Of a stretch of 64,000 bases of DNA, positions 21,902 to 31,649 are shown piece by piece (within the stretch, counting starts at the first letter, position 1; each line of letters opens with the position of its first letter). The translations under genes and the position numbers were made by a program. This stretch comes from Vicinamibacteria bacterium (GTDB lineage Bacteria > Acidobacteriota > Vicinamibacteria > Fen-336): contig JAXLRD010000013.1 in NCBI GenBank assembly GCA_046331285.1, positions 18,700 through 82,699 on the forward strand, in the 5' to 3' direction. The notes beneath the pieces are model-generated. The model was not told the DNA's origin. It searched no databases and was given only the letters and a program-made list of their open reading frames with translations.

Positions 21902-24844
21902 GTGGCCCACCCCCGAAGAGCGCTGCTCGCCGCCGCACTGCTGCTGACCGCCGCCGCCTCGCCCGCCCGCGCCCAGCTCAAGGAGCTGGAGACGAAGGAC
22001 CTGCGGCTCGTCTACTTCGACCCCTCGCTCGCCTACCTCACGCCCCACGTCGGCCGCTGCTTCGAGAACGCGCTCGCGTTCCACCGGAACCTCTTCGACT
22101 ATCGGCCCTCGGGCAAGGTCACCCTCCTCCTCGACGACTTCACGGACAACGGCAACGCCGCCGCGACGGCGGTCCCGCGGCCGTTCGTGAAGATCGACGT
22201 GGCGCCGCTGTCGTTCGCCCTCGAGACGATCGTGGCCAACGAGCGCGTGAACTGGCTCATGAACCACGAGCTCGTCCACGTCACGGCGAACGACGGGGCG
22301 GCGGGGGCCGACCGCTTCTTCCGCGGCCTCTTCCGGGGGACGGCGACGGCCGTACCGGCGCAGCCCGAGAGCATCCTGTACTTCTACCTGACGGCCCCCC
22401 GCGCGGCGGCGCCCCGCTGGTACCAGGAGGGCCTCGCGGTCTTCGTCGAGACCTGGATGGCCGGCGGCCAGGGGCGGGCGCAGGGCGCCTACGACGAGAT
22501 GGTCTTCCGGTCGATGGTGAGGGACGGGGCGCGCTTCTACGACCCGCTCGGCCTCGTCTCGGAGGGCGTCAAGGTCGACTTCCAGACCGAGGTGAACTCG
22601 TACCTCTACGGCACGCGCTTCGTGAGCTGGCTCGCGCGGACGCGCTCGCCGGAGGACGTCGTGAAGTGGGGCGCGCGGGGCCGGGACAGCCGCGCCTACT
22701 ACTCGTCCCAGTTCCGCCACGTCTTCGGCGTGCCGCTCGAGAAGGCGTGGCAGGACTGGGTCCTGTGGGAGAAGGGCTTCCAGGAGAAGAACCTCGCGGC
22801 GATCCGGCGCTACCCGACGACGCCCTGCGAGGACCTCTCGAAGCAGCCGCTCGGGTCGATGTCGCAGGCCTTCTACGACGCGCGGCGGAAGGTCCTCTAC
22901 GCCGGCGTCAACTACCCGGGCGTCGTCTCGCACGTCGCGGAGATCTCGACCGAGACGGGCGCCGTGCGGCGGATCGCCGACATCAAGGGCCCGAGGATCT
23001 ACACCGTCACGTCCCTCGCGTACGACCCGACGGCCGGGCGGCTCTTCTACACCGCCGACAACAACGCGTACCGCGACCTCGTGTCGCTCGACCCCGCCAC
23101 CGGGAAGCAGAGGATGCTCCTGCGCGACGCCCGCATCGGGGAGCTCGTCTTCGACGCCGCCACGGGATCGCTGTGGGGCATCCGCGCCCTCAACGGGATC
23201 GTCACCCTCGTGAGGATCCCGCCTCCCTACAAGGACTACGTCTCGGTCCACACCTGGGCCTACGGCGAGGTCGTCTACGACCTCGACGTCTCGCCCGACG
23301 GCACGCTCGTCTCCGCCTCGTTCGGCGACGCGGCCGGCCGGCAGTCGCTCCGCGTGATGAAGACGGAGGCGCTGGCGAAGGGCGACGCGACGCCCGTCGC
23401 GACCTTCGACTTCGGCGCCGCGATCCCCTCCGACTTCGTCTTCGCGCCGGACGGGAAGTCGCTCTACGGCAGCTCCTACTACACGGGCGTGTCGAACGTG
23501 TTCCGCTACGACCTCGCGAGCGGGAAGCTCGACGCGATGAGCAACACCGAGACCGGCTTCTTCCGGCCGGTCCCGGTGGGCGGCGACGAGCTCGTCGTCT
23601 TCCGCTACACGGGCCGGGGCTTCGTCCCCGCCCGCGTCCACGCGGCCCCGCTCGAGGACGTGAACCCGATCACGTTCCTCGGCGCGGAGATCGCCGAGGC
23701 CCACCCGGTCGTGAAGGGCTGGAAGCTCGGCTCGCCGGCCACGGTGCCGCTCGACTCGCTCGTCGTGCGCCGCGGGACCTACCACTCCGTCCGCCGCATC
23801 GGCCTCGAGTCGATCTACCCGGTGGTGCAGGGCTACAAGGACTTCGCCGCGTACGGGCTGCGCGCGAACTTCTCGGACCCGGTGATCCTCAACCGCGCGT
23901 ACCTCACCGCCACCTACACGCCCGACTCCGCCCTCCCGGCGAACGAGCGCTACCACGTCCAGGGCGAGCTGCAGCGCTACGACTGGACGGTCGGGTTCCA
24001 GGTGAACGGGGCGGACTTCTACGACCTCGTGGGGCCGACCCGCACGAGCCTCAAGGGCTACGGCATCGGCACGAGCTACAAGCGCACCCTCGTCTACGAC
24101 CAGCCGCGGCAGATGGACCTGAAGGTGGGCGTCACGTACTACGGCAACCTCGACCGCGTGCCGGACTACCAGGGCGTCGCGACGAACTTCACCGACGAGC
24201 TCGCGGCGCGGGCGCGGCTGAGCTACCGGAACTACAAGCACTCGCTCGGCTACGTGGACGAGGAGAAGGGGATCGGCTGGGACCTCGGCTACTCGGGGGA
24301 CCGCGTGAAGGGCGACGTGTTCACGCGCTTCTTCGGCAACCTCGACCTCGGCGCGCCCCTCCCGATCCGCCACTCGTCCGTCTGGCTGCGCACCTCGGCG
24401 GGCTGGTCGCCGGACGACCGGCAGGAGCCGTTCGCGAACTTCTACTTCGGCGGGTTCCGCAACAACTGGGTCGACTGGCGGGAGGAGAAGCGCTACCGCG
24501 ACCCCGAGTCGTTCCCCGGGCTCGACATCAACGAGGTCGGCGGGACGAGCTACGGCCGGGCGATGGTCGAGTGGAACCTGCCGCCCCTGCGCTTCCGCCG
24601 CGCCGGGACGCCCGGCTTCTACCTCACCTGGGCGCGGCCGGCCCTCTTCGCCTCGACCCTCGTCACGAACCCGGGCTCCTCTGCCTTCCGCCGCACGATC
24701 TCGAACGTCGGCGGGCAGGTGGACTTCCGCTTCGGCATCCTGTCCCGCCTCGAGCTGACCCTCTCGGCCGGCTACGCGGCGGCGTTCGAGAGCGGGCGGA
24801 AGACGAAGAACGAGGCGATGGTCTCGCTCAAGATCCTGCGCTGA
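21902..24844 (+). CDS. secreted 980-aa protein: HExxH metallopeptidase-like domain - beta-propeller-like middle - C-terminal beta-barrel-like region
   Basis: GTG after GGAAGGAGAG. Signal peptide ...AAASPARA/QL. NWLMNHELVHV plus WYQEGLAVFVE. Repeated ...PDG(T/K)... strands. The C-terminal 350 aa show alternating aromatic/Gly-rich strands (YGLRANF, YGIGTSY, GYSGD, VDFRFG). Confidence 0.7.
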   Translation: MAHPRRALLAAALLLTAAASPARAQLKELETKDLRLVYFDPSLAYLTPHVGRCFENALAFHRNLFDYRPSGKVTLLLDDFTDNGNAAATAVPRPFVKIDVAPLSFALETIVANERVNWLMNHELVHVTANDGAAGADRFFRGLFRGTATAVPAQPESILYFYLTAPRAAAPRWYQEGLAVFVETWMAGGQGRAQGAYDEMVFRSMVRDGARFYDPLGLVSEGVKVDFQTEVNSYLYGTRFVSWLARTRSPEDVVKWGARGRDSRAYYSSQFRHVFGVPLEKAWQDWVLWEKGFQEKNLAAIRRYPTTPCEDLSKQPLGSMSQAFYDARRKVLYAGVNYPGVVSHVAEISTETGAVRRIADIKGPRIYTVTSLAYDPTAGRLFYTADNNAYRDLVSLDPATGKQRMLLRDARIGELVFDAATGSLWGIRALNGIVTLVRIPPPYKDYVSVHTWAYGEVVYDLDVSPDGTLVSASFGDAAGRQSLRVMKTEALAKGDATPVATFDFGAAIPSDFVFAPDGKSLYGSSYYTGVSNVFRYDLASGKLDAMSNTETGFFRPVPVGGDELVVFRYTGRGFVPARVHAAPLEDVNPITFLGAEIAEAHPVVKGWKLGSPATVPLDSLVVRRGTYHSVRRIGLESIYPVVQGYKDFAAYGLRANFSDPVILNRAYLTATYTPDSALPANERYHVQGELQRYDWTVGFQVNGADFYDLVGPTRTSLKGYGIGTSYKRTLVYDQPRQMDLKVGVTYYGNLDRVPDYQGVATNFTDELAARARLSYRNYKHSLGYVDEEKGIGWDLGYSGDRVKGDVFTRFFGNLDLGAPLPIRHSSVWLRTSAGWSPDDRQEPFANFYFGGFRNNWVDWREEKRYRDPESFPGLDINEVGGTSYGRAMVEWNLPPLRFRRAGTPGFYLTWARPALFASTLVTNPGSSAFRRTISNVGGQVDFRFGILSRLELTLSAGYAAAFESGRKTKNEAMVSLKILR

Positions 24845-24869
24845 AGCGGCGGTCGGCGGCCGTGCGAGA

Positions 24870-26684
24870 ATGCCTCGCTCCATGCCGCGCACCCTTCCCT
24901 CGAGCCCCGAGCGGCCGTTCCCGCTCGTCCTGACGAGCCACGCCGGCCATGGCTGCGACGAGCGCAAGCTCGCCGTCTTCCCCGCCGGGATCGGCGCGCG
25001 CTTCGCCGTCCAGGACATGGGGGTTCACGCGAGAGAGACGCTCGGGGCCTTCGAGGACTGGACGCCGGTCTTCGAGGGCCCTCTCGTCCCGGGGCCTGAC
25101 GCGTTCGGCCCGTGCCTCCTCGGTGACTTCTCCGCGCTGGCGACGCCCGGCCTCTACCGCGTCGTCGTGCCCGGCACCGACGCCCGCTCGGTCCACTTCC
25201 CCGTCCACGACGGCGTCCTCGCCCCGCTGCCGCGTCTTCTGCTCGACTCGGTCCACCGCTCGCGGTGCGGCGACTTCGAGGACGAGACGCGGGGGCCGTG
25301 CCACCTCGACGACGGCGTCCTGAGCGAGAGCGGGCGGCCGGTCGACGCCACCGGCGGCTGGCACGACGCCGGCGACACGCGGAAGTGGATGGTCCACACG
25401 CTCGTCCCCCTGCTGGGATTCGCCGAGCTGCGCCGGCGCCTCGGGTGGCGGCCGGGCGCGCACTGGGCCCGCGCGCCGTGGGACGACGACGTCGCCGACG
25501 AGGTCGCCTGGGGCGCCGCCTTCGCGCTGAAGATGCAGGACCCCGCGACGGGGATGATCTGGGAAGACGTCGGCGGGGGCGGCGGCGCGCGCCTGGCGGC
25601 GGTGCGGTGGTGGTACGAGAACCACGCCGGCTGCGGCGGAGACAACTCGGAGAACCGCTTCACCGACAACGTCCGCGGCTCGGGCGACGAGCGCCGCGTG
25701 CGCGAGCAGTACAACCCGATCGCGCAGTACGTCGCCGTGAGCGTGCTCTGCCGCGCGGCGTCCCTCGTCGAGGCGGGCGACCGCGAGATCGCGGCGCGGT
25801 ACCGCGCCGCGGCCGGGCGGGCCTGGACCTTCGTACGCGGCCGCCGCGGCGACGACTTCCACGGGTGGACGTCCGTCCGCTCCTGGCGCGTCCACGCGGC
25901 GCTCGACCTCGCCGCGGCCGGCCTCGGGCCCGCCGACGAGCCGGTCGCCGCCGTCGCCCATCTCCTCGACCTCGCGGACCCGGAGACGTCCTTCTTCTTC
26001 AACGACACGACACGCCGCCAGCCGTTCCGCGGCATCCTGCACTCCGCGCAGCCGCTCGCCGCGCTCGCGGCGTTCGCCGAGGCGAACCCCGGCCACGCGA
26101 TGGCCGAGGTCGCGCGTGCGTTCCTGGCCCGCGCCTTCCGCGAGTACGTGGAGCCGCTGCGCTCGCTCTCGCCTTTCGGCATCGTCCCCTTCGGCCTCTA
26201 TCGGGATCCGCCGGCCACGCGCGACCGCTACCGGCCGTGGCGCGACTCCCTCTTCGTCCGCTTCCTCATGCCCGACGACTCCGAGACGCGCATCAACCAC
26301 GGCCTCGCCGGCCACTGGACGAGCTGGGCCCACGCCCTCGCCGCCGGGGGCCGCCTGCTCGGAGAGACCGCCTGGCGCGAGGCGGCGCTCGACCAGCTGC
26401 ACTGGCTGCTCGGCCGCAACCCGTTCGGCGCGAGCTTCGTCACGGGCGTGGGCCTCGGCCACCCGCTCCCGCACAGCTCCTACGACGGCGTCCGCCTCGG
26501 CGGGGTCATGAACGGCCCGCGCGGCGCCTGCGACGACCAGCCGTTCGCCGACCTCGAGCTGCGCTGCGACTGGGGCAGCGGCGAGTACTGGAACCTCCCG
26601 CTCGGGAACCTGCTGCAGGCCCTCGCCCACCTCCTCCCCGCGCGCGTCCCCGCGGCCCGCAAGCTCGGCCGGCGGGAGCGCTGA
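24870..26684 (+). CDS. glycoside hydrolase family 9 (endoglucanase/glucosaminidase-like) with N-terminal Ig-like domain; no signal peptide
   Basis: DATGGWHDAGDTRKW is the GH9 signature. The N-terminal 100 aa resemble the CelD_N Ig-like fold (LYRVVVPG). An (alpha/alpha)6-type remainder follows. Confidence 0.8.
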   Translation: MPRSMPRTLPSSPERPFPLVLTSHAGHGCDERKLAVFPAGIGARFAVQDMGVHARETLGAFEDWTPVFEGPLVPGPDAFGPCLLGDFSALATPGLYRVVVPGTDARSVHFPVHDGVLAPLPRLLLDSVHRSRCGDFEDETRGPCHLDDGVLSESGRPVDATGGWHDAGDTRKWMVHTLVPLLGFAELRRRLGWRPGAHWARAPWDDDVADEVAWGAAFALKMQDPATGMIWEDVGGGGGARLAAVRWWYENHAGCGGDNSENRFTDNVRGSGDERRVREQYNPIAQYVAVSVLCRAASLVEAGDREIAARYRAAAGRAWTFVRGRRGDDFHGWTSVRSWRVHAALDLAAAGLGPADEPVAAVAHLLDLADPETSFFFNDTTRRQPFRGILHSAQPLAALAAFAEANPGHAMAEVARAFLARAFREYVEPLRSLSPFGIVPFGLYRDPPATRDRYRPWRDSLFVRFLMPDDSETRINHGLAGHWTSWAHALAAGGRLLGETAWREAALDQLHWLLGRNPFGASFVTGVGLGHPLPHSSYDGVRLGGVMNGPRGACDDQPFADLELRCDWGSGEYWNLPLGNLLQALAHLLPARVPAARKLGRRER

Positions 26685-26685
26685 G

Positions 26686-27729
26686 GTGGCCGGCGTCACC
26701 CTGAACGTCGCGGCCGCGCTGCTGCCGGTGCTGCTGTTCCTGGCCCTGCTCGTCCTCCTCGACAGCTTCAAGCTCCTCTCGCTGCGGTCGGTGCTGCTCG
26801 CCCTCACCGCGGGCGCGGCGGCGGCCCTCCTCGGGGCGCGCCTCAACGTCGCGCTCCTCGACGCGAGCGGGCTCTCGACGACGGCCTACTCGCGCTACGC
26901 GGCGCCCCTCGTGGAGGAGCTGCTGAAGGCCGTCTGGTTCGTCGTCCTCCTGCGCCGCGGCCGCGTCGGGTTCCTCGTCGACGCCGCGATCCTCGGCTTC
27001 GCGATCGGCGCCGGCTTCGCGCTCGTCGAGAACGTGGAGTACCTGCGCGCCATGGCCGAGCCGCGCGTGCTGCTGTGGCTGGTGCGGGGCTTCGGCACGG
27101 CTCTCCTGCACGGGGCCACCACGGCCATCCTGGCGATGATCGCGAAGAGCCTGATCGACCGCCGGCCCCTGCCGCCGGCCCTCGCCGTCGTCGCCGGCCT
27201 CCTCGCGGCGGCGGCGATCCACTCCGCCTACAACCACTTCTTCCTGCCGCCCGTGGCCGCCGCCGCGGTGCTCCTCGTCGCCGTGCCGCTGCTCGTCGTC
27301 TTCGTCTTCGACCGCAGCGAGCGGGCAACCCGCGAGTGGCTCGGCACCGGCATCGACAGCGACCTCGAGATCGTCGAGTCGATCGTCACCGGCCGCTTCC
27401 TCGAGACGCGCCTCGGCGGCTACCTGCGCTCGCTGCAGGCGCGCTTCCCCGGCGAGGTCGTCGCCGACATGCTGTGCCTCGTGCGGCTGCAGGCCGAGCT
27501 GTCGATCCGGGCCAAGGGCCTCCTCCTCGCGCGCGAGGCCGGCCTCGACGCGCCGGTCGGCGAGGACGTGCGGGCGAGCCTCCAGGAGCTGCGCTACCTC
27601 GAGACCTCGATGGGGCCGACGGGGCGGCTCGCCCTCAAGCCGCTCTTCCGCGAGCGGGCCCGCGCCGCCTGGCAGGTGTTCCTGCTCGAGGAGGCGGGCG
27701 GGAGCGCCTCCCGGGCGAGCGCTCGTTGA
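26686..27729 (+). CDS. prsW: PrsW-family intramembrane metalloprotease with C-terminal cytoplasmic domain
   Basis: VEELLKAV (EExxK), [28 protein letters not shown] and IHSAYNHF are the PrsW motifs across multiple TM helices. GTG lies 1 nt after the GH9 stop. Confidence 0.85.
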   Translation: MAGVTLNVAAALLPVLLFLALLVLLDSFKLLSLRSVLLALTAGAAAALLGARLNVALLDASGLSTTAYSRYAAPLVEELLKAVWFVVLLRRGRVGFLVDAAILGFAIGAGFALVENVEYLRAMAEPRVLLWLVRGFGTALLHGATTAILAMIAKSLIDRRPLPPALAVVAGLLAAAAIHSAYNHFFLPPVAAAAVLLVAVPLLVVFVFDRSERATREWLGTGIDSDLEIVESIVTGRFLETRLGGYLRSLQARFPGEVVADMLCLVRLQAELSIRAKGLLLAREAGLDAPVGEDVRASLQELRYLETSMGPTGRLALKPLFRERARAAWQVFLLEEAGGSASRASAR

Positions 27730-27772
27730 CCGGCCTTCGCCGAGGCCGTACCATGCCCGTCCTCGACCCCAG

Positions 27773-29950
27773 ATGATCGGCCAGACCTTCTCGCACTACC
27801 GGATTCTCGACAAGATCGGCGGCGGCGGGATGGGCGTCGTGTTCCGCGCCGAGGACACGCGCCTCGGCCGACAGGTGGCGCTGAAGTTCCTTCCGGACGA
27901 GCTCGCGAGGGACGCGCAGGCGGTCGAGCGCTTCAAGCGCGAGGCGCGGGCCGCCTCCGCCCTCAACCACCCGCACATCTGCACGATCCACGACGCCGAC
28001 GAGGACCAGGGCCGTCCGTTCATCGCGATGGAACTGCTCGAGGGCCAGACGCTCAAGAGCCGCCTCGACGGCCGGCCGATGCCGACCGACGAGCTCGTGG
28101 AGCTCGCGATCCACGTCGCCGACGCGCTCGAGGCCGCGCACCGCAAGGGCATCGCGCACCGCGACATCAAGCCGGCGAACCTGTTCGTCACCGAGCGCGG
28201 CCAGGCGAAGATCCTCGACTTCGGCCTCGCGAAGCTGCTCGAGAGCCGCCGGGCGGGCGAGCCGGTCGACTCGGCGATGCCGACGGGCGAGTTCGCCACG
28301 AGCGCGGGCTCGACCCTCGGCACCGTCGCCTACATGTCCCCGGAGCAGGCCCGCGGCGAGGAGGTCGACGCCCGTACCGATCTCTTCTCCTTCGGTGTCG
28401 TCCTCTACGAGATGGCGACCGGCACCGCGCCCTTCGCCGGCGGCACGACGGCGACCGTGTTCGAGGCCATCCTCAACCGGACGCCGCCCTCGCCCTCCGA
28501 GCTCAACCGCTCCCTGCCCGAGGCCCTCGCGCAGATCGTCGACAAGCTGCTCGAGAAGGATCGCCGGCTGCGCTACCAGTCCGCGACCGAGCTGCGGGCC
28601 GACCTCCAGCGCCTCAAGCGGGAGCTCGACTCCGGGCGCACCGCCCCGGCCGCGGGCCGCGACCGTTCCGTCGCGGTCCTCTACTTCGAGAACCTCAGCG
28701 GGGCGAAGGAGGACGAGTACTTCCGCGACGGCATGACGGAGGACGTGATCACCGAGCTGTCCAAGGTCCGGAACCTCCGCGTCTTCCCGCGGGCGGCCGT
28801 CGTCGCGTTCCGCGACCAGTCCGTGACGGGGCCCCACGTGGGCCAGCAGCTCGGAGCCCAGTACGTCCTCGGCGGCTCTCTCCGCCGCGCCGGCAACCGG
28901 CTGCGCATCACGGCCCAGCTCGTGGAGGCCAAGACCGGCACCGCCGTCTGGGCCGAGCGTTACGACCGCGAGCTGAAGGACGTCTTCGAGGTCCAGGACG
29001 AGATCGCCCGCAACATCACGCAGGCCCTGCGGATCACGCTGACGCCGCAGGAGGAGAAGGCGCTCGCGGCCAAGCCCACCGGCGACCCGCGGGCCTACGA
29101 TCACTTCCTGAAGGGCCGGGCCTACTCGCGCCGTCTGACCCGCTCCGATCTCGAGCTGGCCCTCCAGATGTTCGAGCACGCCATCCTGCTCGACTCGGGC
29201 TTCGGCCTCGCCCACGCCGCCATCGCGAACGCGTGCGGCCTCGTTTTCGAGTGGCACGACTCCGACCCGAGGTGGCTCGACCGGGGCCGCGCCGCGAGCG
29301 AGCGCGCCCTGGCCCTCGACCCGAGCCTGCCGGAGGCTCTCGTGGGGCGGGCCCGCCTCCTCTACGCACAGAAGCGGTACGACGACGCGATCCGCGACGT
29401 CCGCCGGGCGATCGAGATGAAGAAGGACTGCGACGGGGCCTACAACATCCTCGCGCGCTCCCTCTTCGAGAGCGACCGCTGGGCCGAGGCGATCGAGACG
29501 GTCGACCAGGCCGTCGCGCTGAACGGCGACGACTACAACCTCTACGTGGCCTACATCAACATCTTCGACGGCCTCGGCCGCCGCGAGGACGCCGAGCGGC
29601 TGCGGGCGCGGGAGATCGCGGTGCTCGAGCAGCAGCTCCGGGACGTGCCCGAGGACGTTCGCGCGCGCATCCTCCTCGCCGCCGACTACGCGTCCGTGGG
29701 GCGCGAGGACGACGGCGTGCGCGAGCTCCAGAAGGCGGTCGACCTCCGCCCGAACGACTCGAACATCCTCTACAACGCCGCGTGCGCCTACGGCGTGATG
29801 AAGCGCAAGGCGGAAGCGATCGACCTCCTCCGCCGCTCGAAGGCGGCCGGCTACGCGAATCCCGACTGGGTCCGGCGCGATCCCGATCTCGCGTGCCTGC
29901 ACGGCGAGCCGGAGTTCGAGCGGCTGTTCGAGCCGTCGTCGCGGGGCTGA
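27773..29950 (+). CDS. Ser/Thr protein kinase with TolB_N-like and TPR domains
   Basis: [23 protein letters not shown]...ALKFL...HRDIKPAN...DFGLAK. Then [11 protein letters not shown]...[12 protein letters not shown] and TPR repeats extending to the C-terminus. Confidence 0.92.
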   Translation: MIGQTFSHYRILDKIGGGGMGVVFRAEDTRLGRQVALKFLPDELARDAQAVERFKREARAASALNHPHICTIHDADEDQGRPFIAMELLEGQTLKSRLDGRPMPTDELVELAIHVADALEAAHRKGIAHRDIKPANLFVTERGQAKILDFGLAKLLESRRAGEPVDSAMPTGEFATSAGSTLGTVAYMSPEQARGEEVDARTDLFSFGVVLYEMATGTAPFAGGTTATVFEAILNRTPPSPSELNRSLPEALAQIVDKLLEKDRRLRYQSATELRADLQRLKRELDSGRTAPAAGRDRSVAVLYFENLSGAKEDEYFRDGMTEDVITELSKVRNLRVFPRAAVVAFRDQSVTGPHVGQQLGAQYVLGGSLRRAGNRLRITAQLVEAKTGTAVWAERYDRELKDVFEVQDEIARNITQALRITLTPQEEKALAAKPTGDPRAYDHFLKGRAYSRRLTRSDLELALQMFEHAILLDSGFGLAHAAIANACGLVFEWHDSDPRWLDRGRAASERALALDPSLPEALVGRARLLYAQKRYDDAIRDVRRAIEMKKDCDGAYNILARSLFESDRWAEAIETVDQAVALNGDDYNLYVAYINIFDGLGRREDAERLRAREIAVLEQQLRDVPEDVRARILLAADYASVGREDDGVRELQKAVDLRPNDSNILYNAACAYGVMKRKAEAIDLLRRSKAAGYANPDWVRRDPDLACLHGEPEFERLFEPSSRG

Positions 29951-29969
29951 CGCCCCGGCCCACCGGCCG

Positions 29970-30752
29970 CTAGCCGCTCCAGCCGGGCTTGCGCTTCTCG
30001 AGGAAGGCCCGCAGGCCCTCCCGGCCCTCTTCGGTCGCTCGGCGCTCGGCGATCCGCGCGGTGGTGAGGCCGCGGACGTCCGCCGGCGCGCGGCCGGCGA
30101 CCTCGCGCACGAGGGCCTTCGCCGCGGCCACCGCTCCCGGCGCGGCCTGCAGGAGCTCGCGCACGCGGCCCTCGACGGCCGAGTCGAGCTCGCTCGCCGG
30201 GACGACGCGGTGGACGAGGCCGATCGCGAGCGCCTTGTCGGCCGAGAAGCGCTCGCCGGTCAGGAAGAGCTCGCGGGCCGCCGAGACGCCGATCCGGCGC
30301 AGCACGAACGGCGAGATCACCGCGGGGACGAGGCCGAGACGGACCTCCGAGAAGCCGAACTGCGCCTCGGCCGAAGCCACCGCGACGTCGGCCGCGGCGA
30401 CGAGGCCGCAGCCGCCGCCGAGGGCCGCGCCCTGGACGCGGGCGACGACCGCCTTCGGCGAGAGGTCGATCGCCTCGAAGAGGCCCGCGAGCGACTCGGC
30501 GTCGCGCCGATTCTCTTCCGGCGTGAAGGCGGCGACGGCCTGCATCCAGGCGAGGTCGGCCCCGGCGCTGAACACCGGCCCGTGCCCGCCCAGGACGATC
30601 ACCCGCACGTCCTCGCGCGCGCCGGCCGCGGCGACCGCCTCGCGCAGCGCGACGACCGTCGCGCCGTCGAAGGCGTTGCGGACGTCGGGCCGCGCGAGGA
30701 ACACCCGCGCGACCGCCCCGTCGACCCGCACCTCGACGCGATCGCCGCTCAT
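29970..30752 (-). CDS. enoyl-CoA hydratase/isomerase family, probably methylglutaconyl-CoA hydratase
   Basis: Crotonase fold: RNAFD...FSAGADL...GAALGGGCGL...FGFSEVRLGL. The liuC-like assignment is inferred from the liu genes nearby. Confidence 0.8.
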   Translation of the reverse strand: MSGDRVEVRVDGAVARVFLARPDVRNAFDGATVVALREAVAAAGAREDVRVIVLGGHGPVFSAGADLAWMQAVAAFTPEENRRDAESLAGLFEAIDLSPKAVVARVQGAALGGGCGLVAAADVAVASAEAQFGFSEVRLGLVPAVISPFVLRRIGVSAARELFLTGERFSADKALAIGLVHRVVPASELDSAVEGRVRELLQAAPGAVAAAKALVREVAGRAPADVRGLTTARIAERRATEEGREGLRAFLEKRKPGWSG

Positions 30753-30759
30753 CGACGGC

Positions 30760-30765
30760 AGTATA
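30760..30765 (-). promoter_or_regulatory. candidate -10 box TATACT 7 nt upstream of the hydratase ATG
   Basis: Minus strand reads ccgTATACTgccgtcgATG, within the 22-nt gap after the EamA stop. Confidence 0.35.
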
Positions 30766-30774
30766 CGGCCGGGG

Positions 30775-31641
30775 TCAGACCCCCGCCCGGCGCGGCGCCA
30801 CGATCACCGCCACGCCGGCCAGCAGCACGAGGGCGCCCAGCAGGTAGACCGGCCGGAGGACCGCGCCCTCGAACAGGTAGGCCCACAGGTTGGCGAGGGG
30901 CGGGTTCAGGAAGAGGAACGCCGCGACCTCTCCCGCCGGCAGCCGCTTCAGGGCCCAGATCCAGCCGGCGTAGGCGACGAGCGTGCACGGCACCGCGAGG
31001 TACAGCGCGGCGCCGATCGCCCCGGGATGGGCCCAGAGCGTCCGCGCGAGCGACGGGCTCGCGAGGAGGACGATCGGCAGGCTGCCGACGAAGAGGAGCG
31101 CGTACGTCGAGTCGAGCGCGTCGGCCTCGCGCGGCAGGCCCCGGCCCACGACGTTGTACACGGCCCAGCTGAGCGGGGCCATCGCGAGGACGAGGGCGCT
31201 CGAGAGATACGGCCAGTCGACCGGCTTGTCCGTGCCGTAGCGGACGACCACGAAGACGCCGGCCAGCGACAGCGCGAGGCCGAGCGCCTTGCGGCGGCCG
31301 AACGGCTCGCCGAGGAAGAGGCGCGCGAAGACGGACGTGAAGACCGGGTTCAGGGCGATGATGAGCGCCGCGGTGCCGGTCGGCACGGTCTTGAGGCCGT
31401 GCAGGAAGAGCAGGTTGTAGACCGGGACCCCGAGGACGCCGAGGACGAGGATCCGCCACCACGACGCGCGCGGCAGGCGCAGCGGACGGCGCGCGACGAG
31501 GAGCGCGGCCGAGCCGACGGCCACCGGCACGAACCGGGCGGCGAGGGCGTCGAGGAGGCCGAGGTCCTGTCGCAGCCGCGCCGCGGCGAGGAACGAGAAC
31601 GACCACAGCAGCAGGGTCCCGAGGATGACGAGGTGGGCCAG
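30775..31641 (-). CDS. DMT/EamA family transporter (start codon uncertain)
   Basis: Ten hydrophobic helices. ILGTLLLWSFSF..., IIALNPVFTSVFA and FLFLNPPLANLWA are typical EamA repeats. No ATG/GTG/TTG lies upstream of TM1 before the MFS stop; only CTG (31641, 31653) or ATC are available. Confidence 0.7.
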   Translation of the reverse strand: MAHLVILGTLLLWSFSFLAAARLRQDLGLLDALAARFVPVAVGSAALLVARRPLRLPRASWWRILVLGVLGVPVYNLLFLHGLKTVPTGTAALIIALNPVFTSVFARLFLGEPFGRRKALGLALSLAGVFVVVRYGTDKPVDWPYLSSALVLAMAPLSWAVYNVVGRGLPREADALDSTYALLFVGSLPIVLLASPSLARTLWAHPGAIGAALYLAVPCTLVAYAGWIWALKRLPAGEVAAFLFLNPPLANLWAYLFEGAVLRPVYLLGALVLLAGVAVIVAPRRAGV

Positions 31642-31649
31642 GGCGGGCC

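Noticed and set aside
21098-25018. 1306-aa minus-strand ORF
   Set aside because: It is antisense to the anti-sigma gene and the 980-aa secreted protein. Its composition is Arg/Pro/Gly-rich and it has no recognisable domain.
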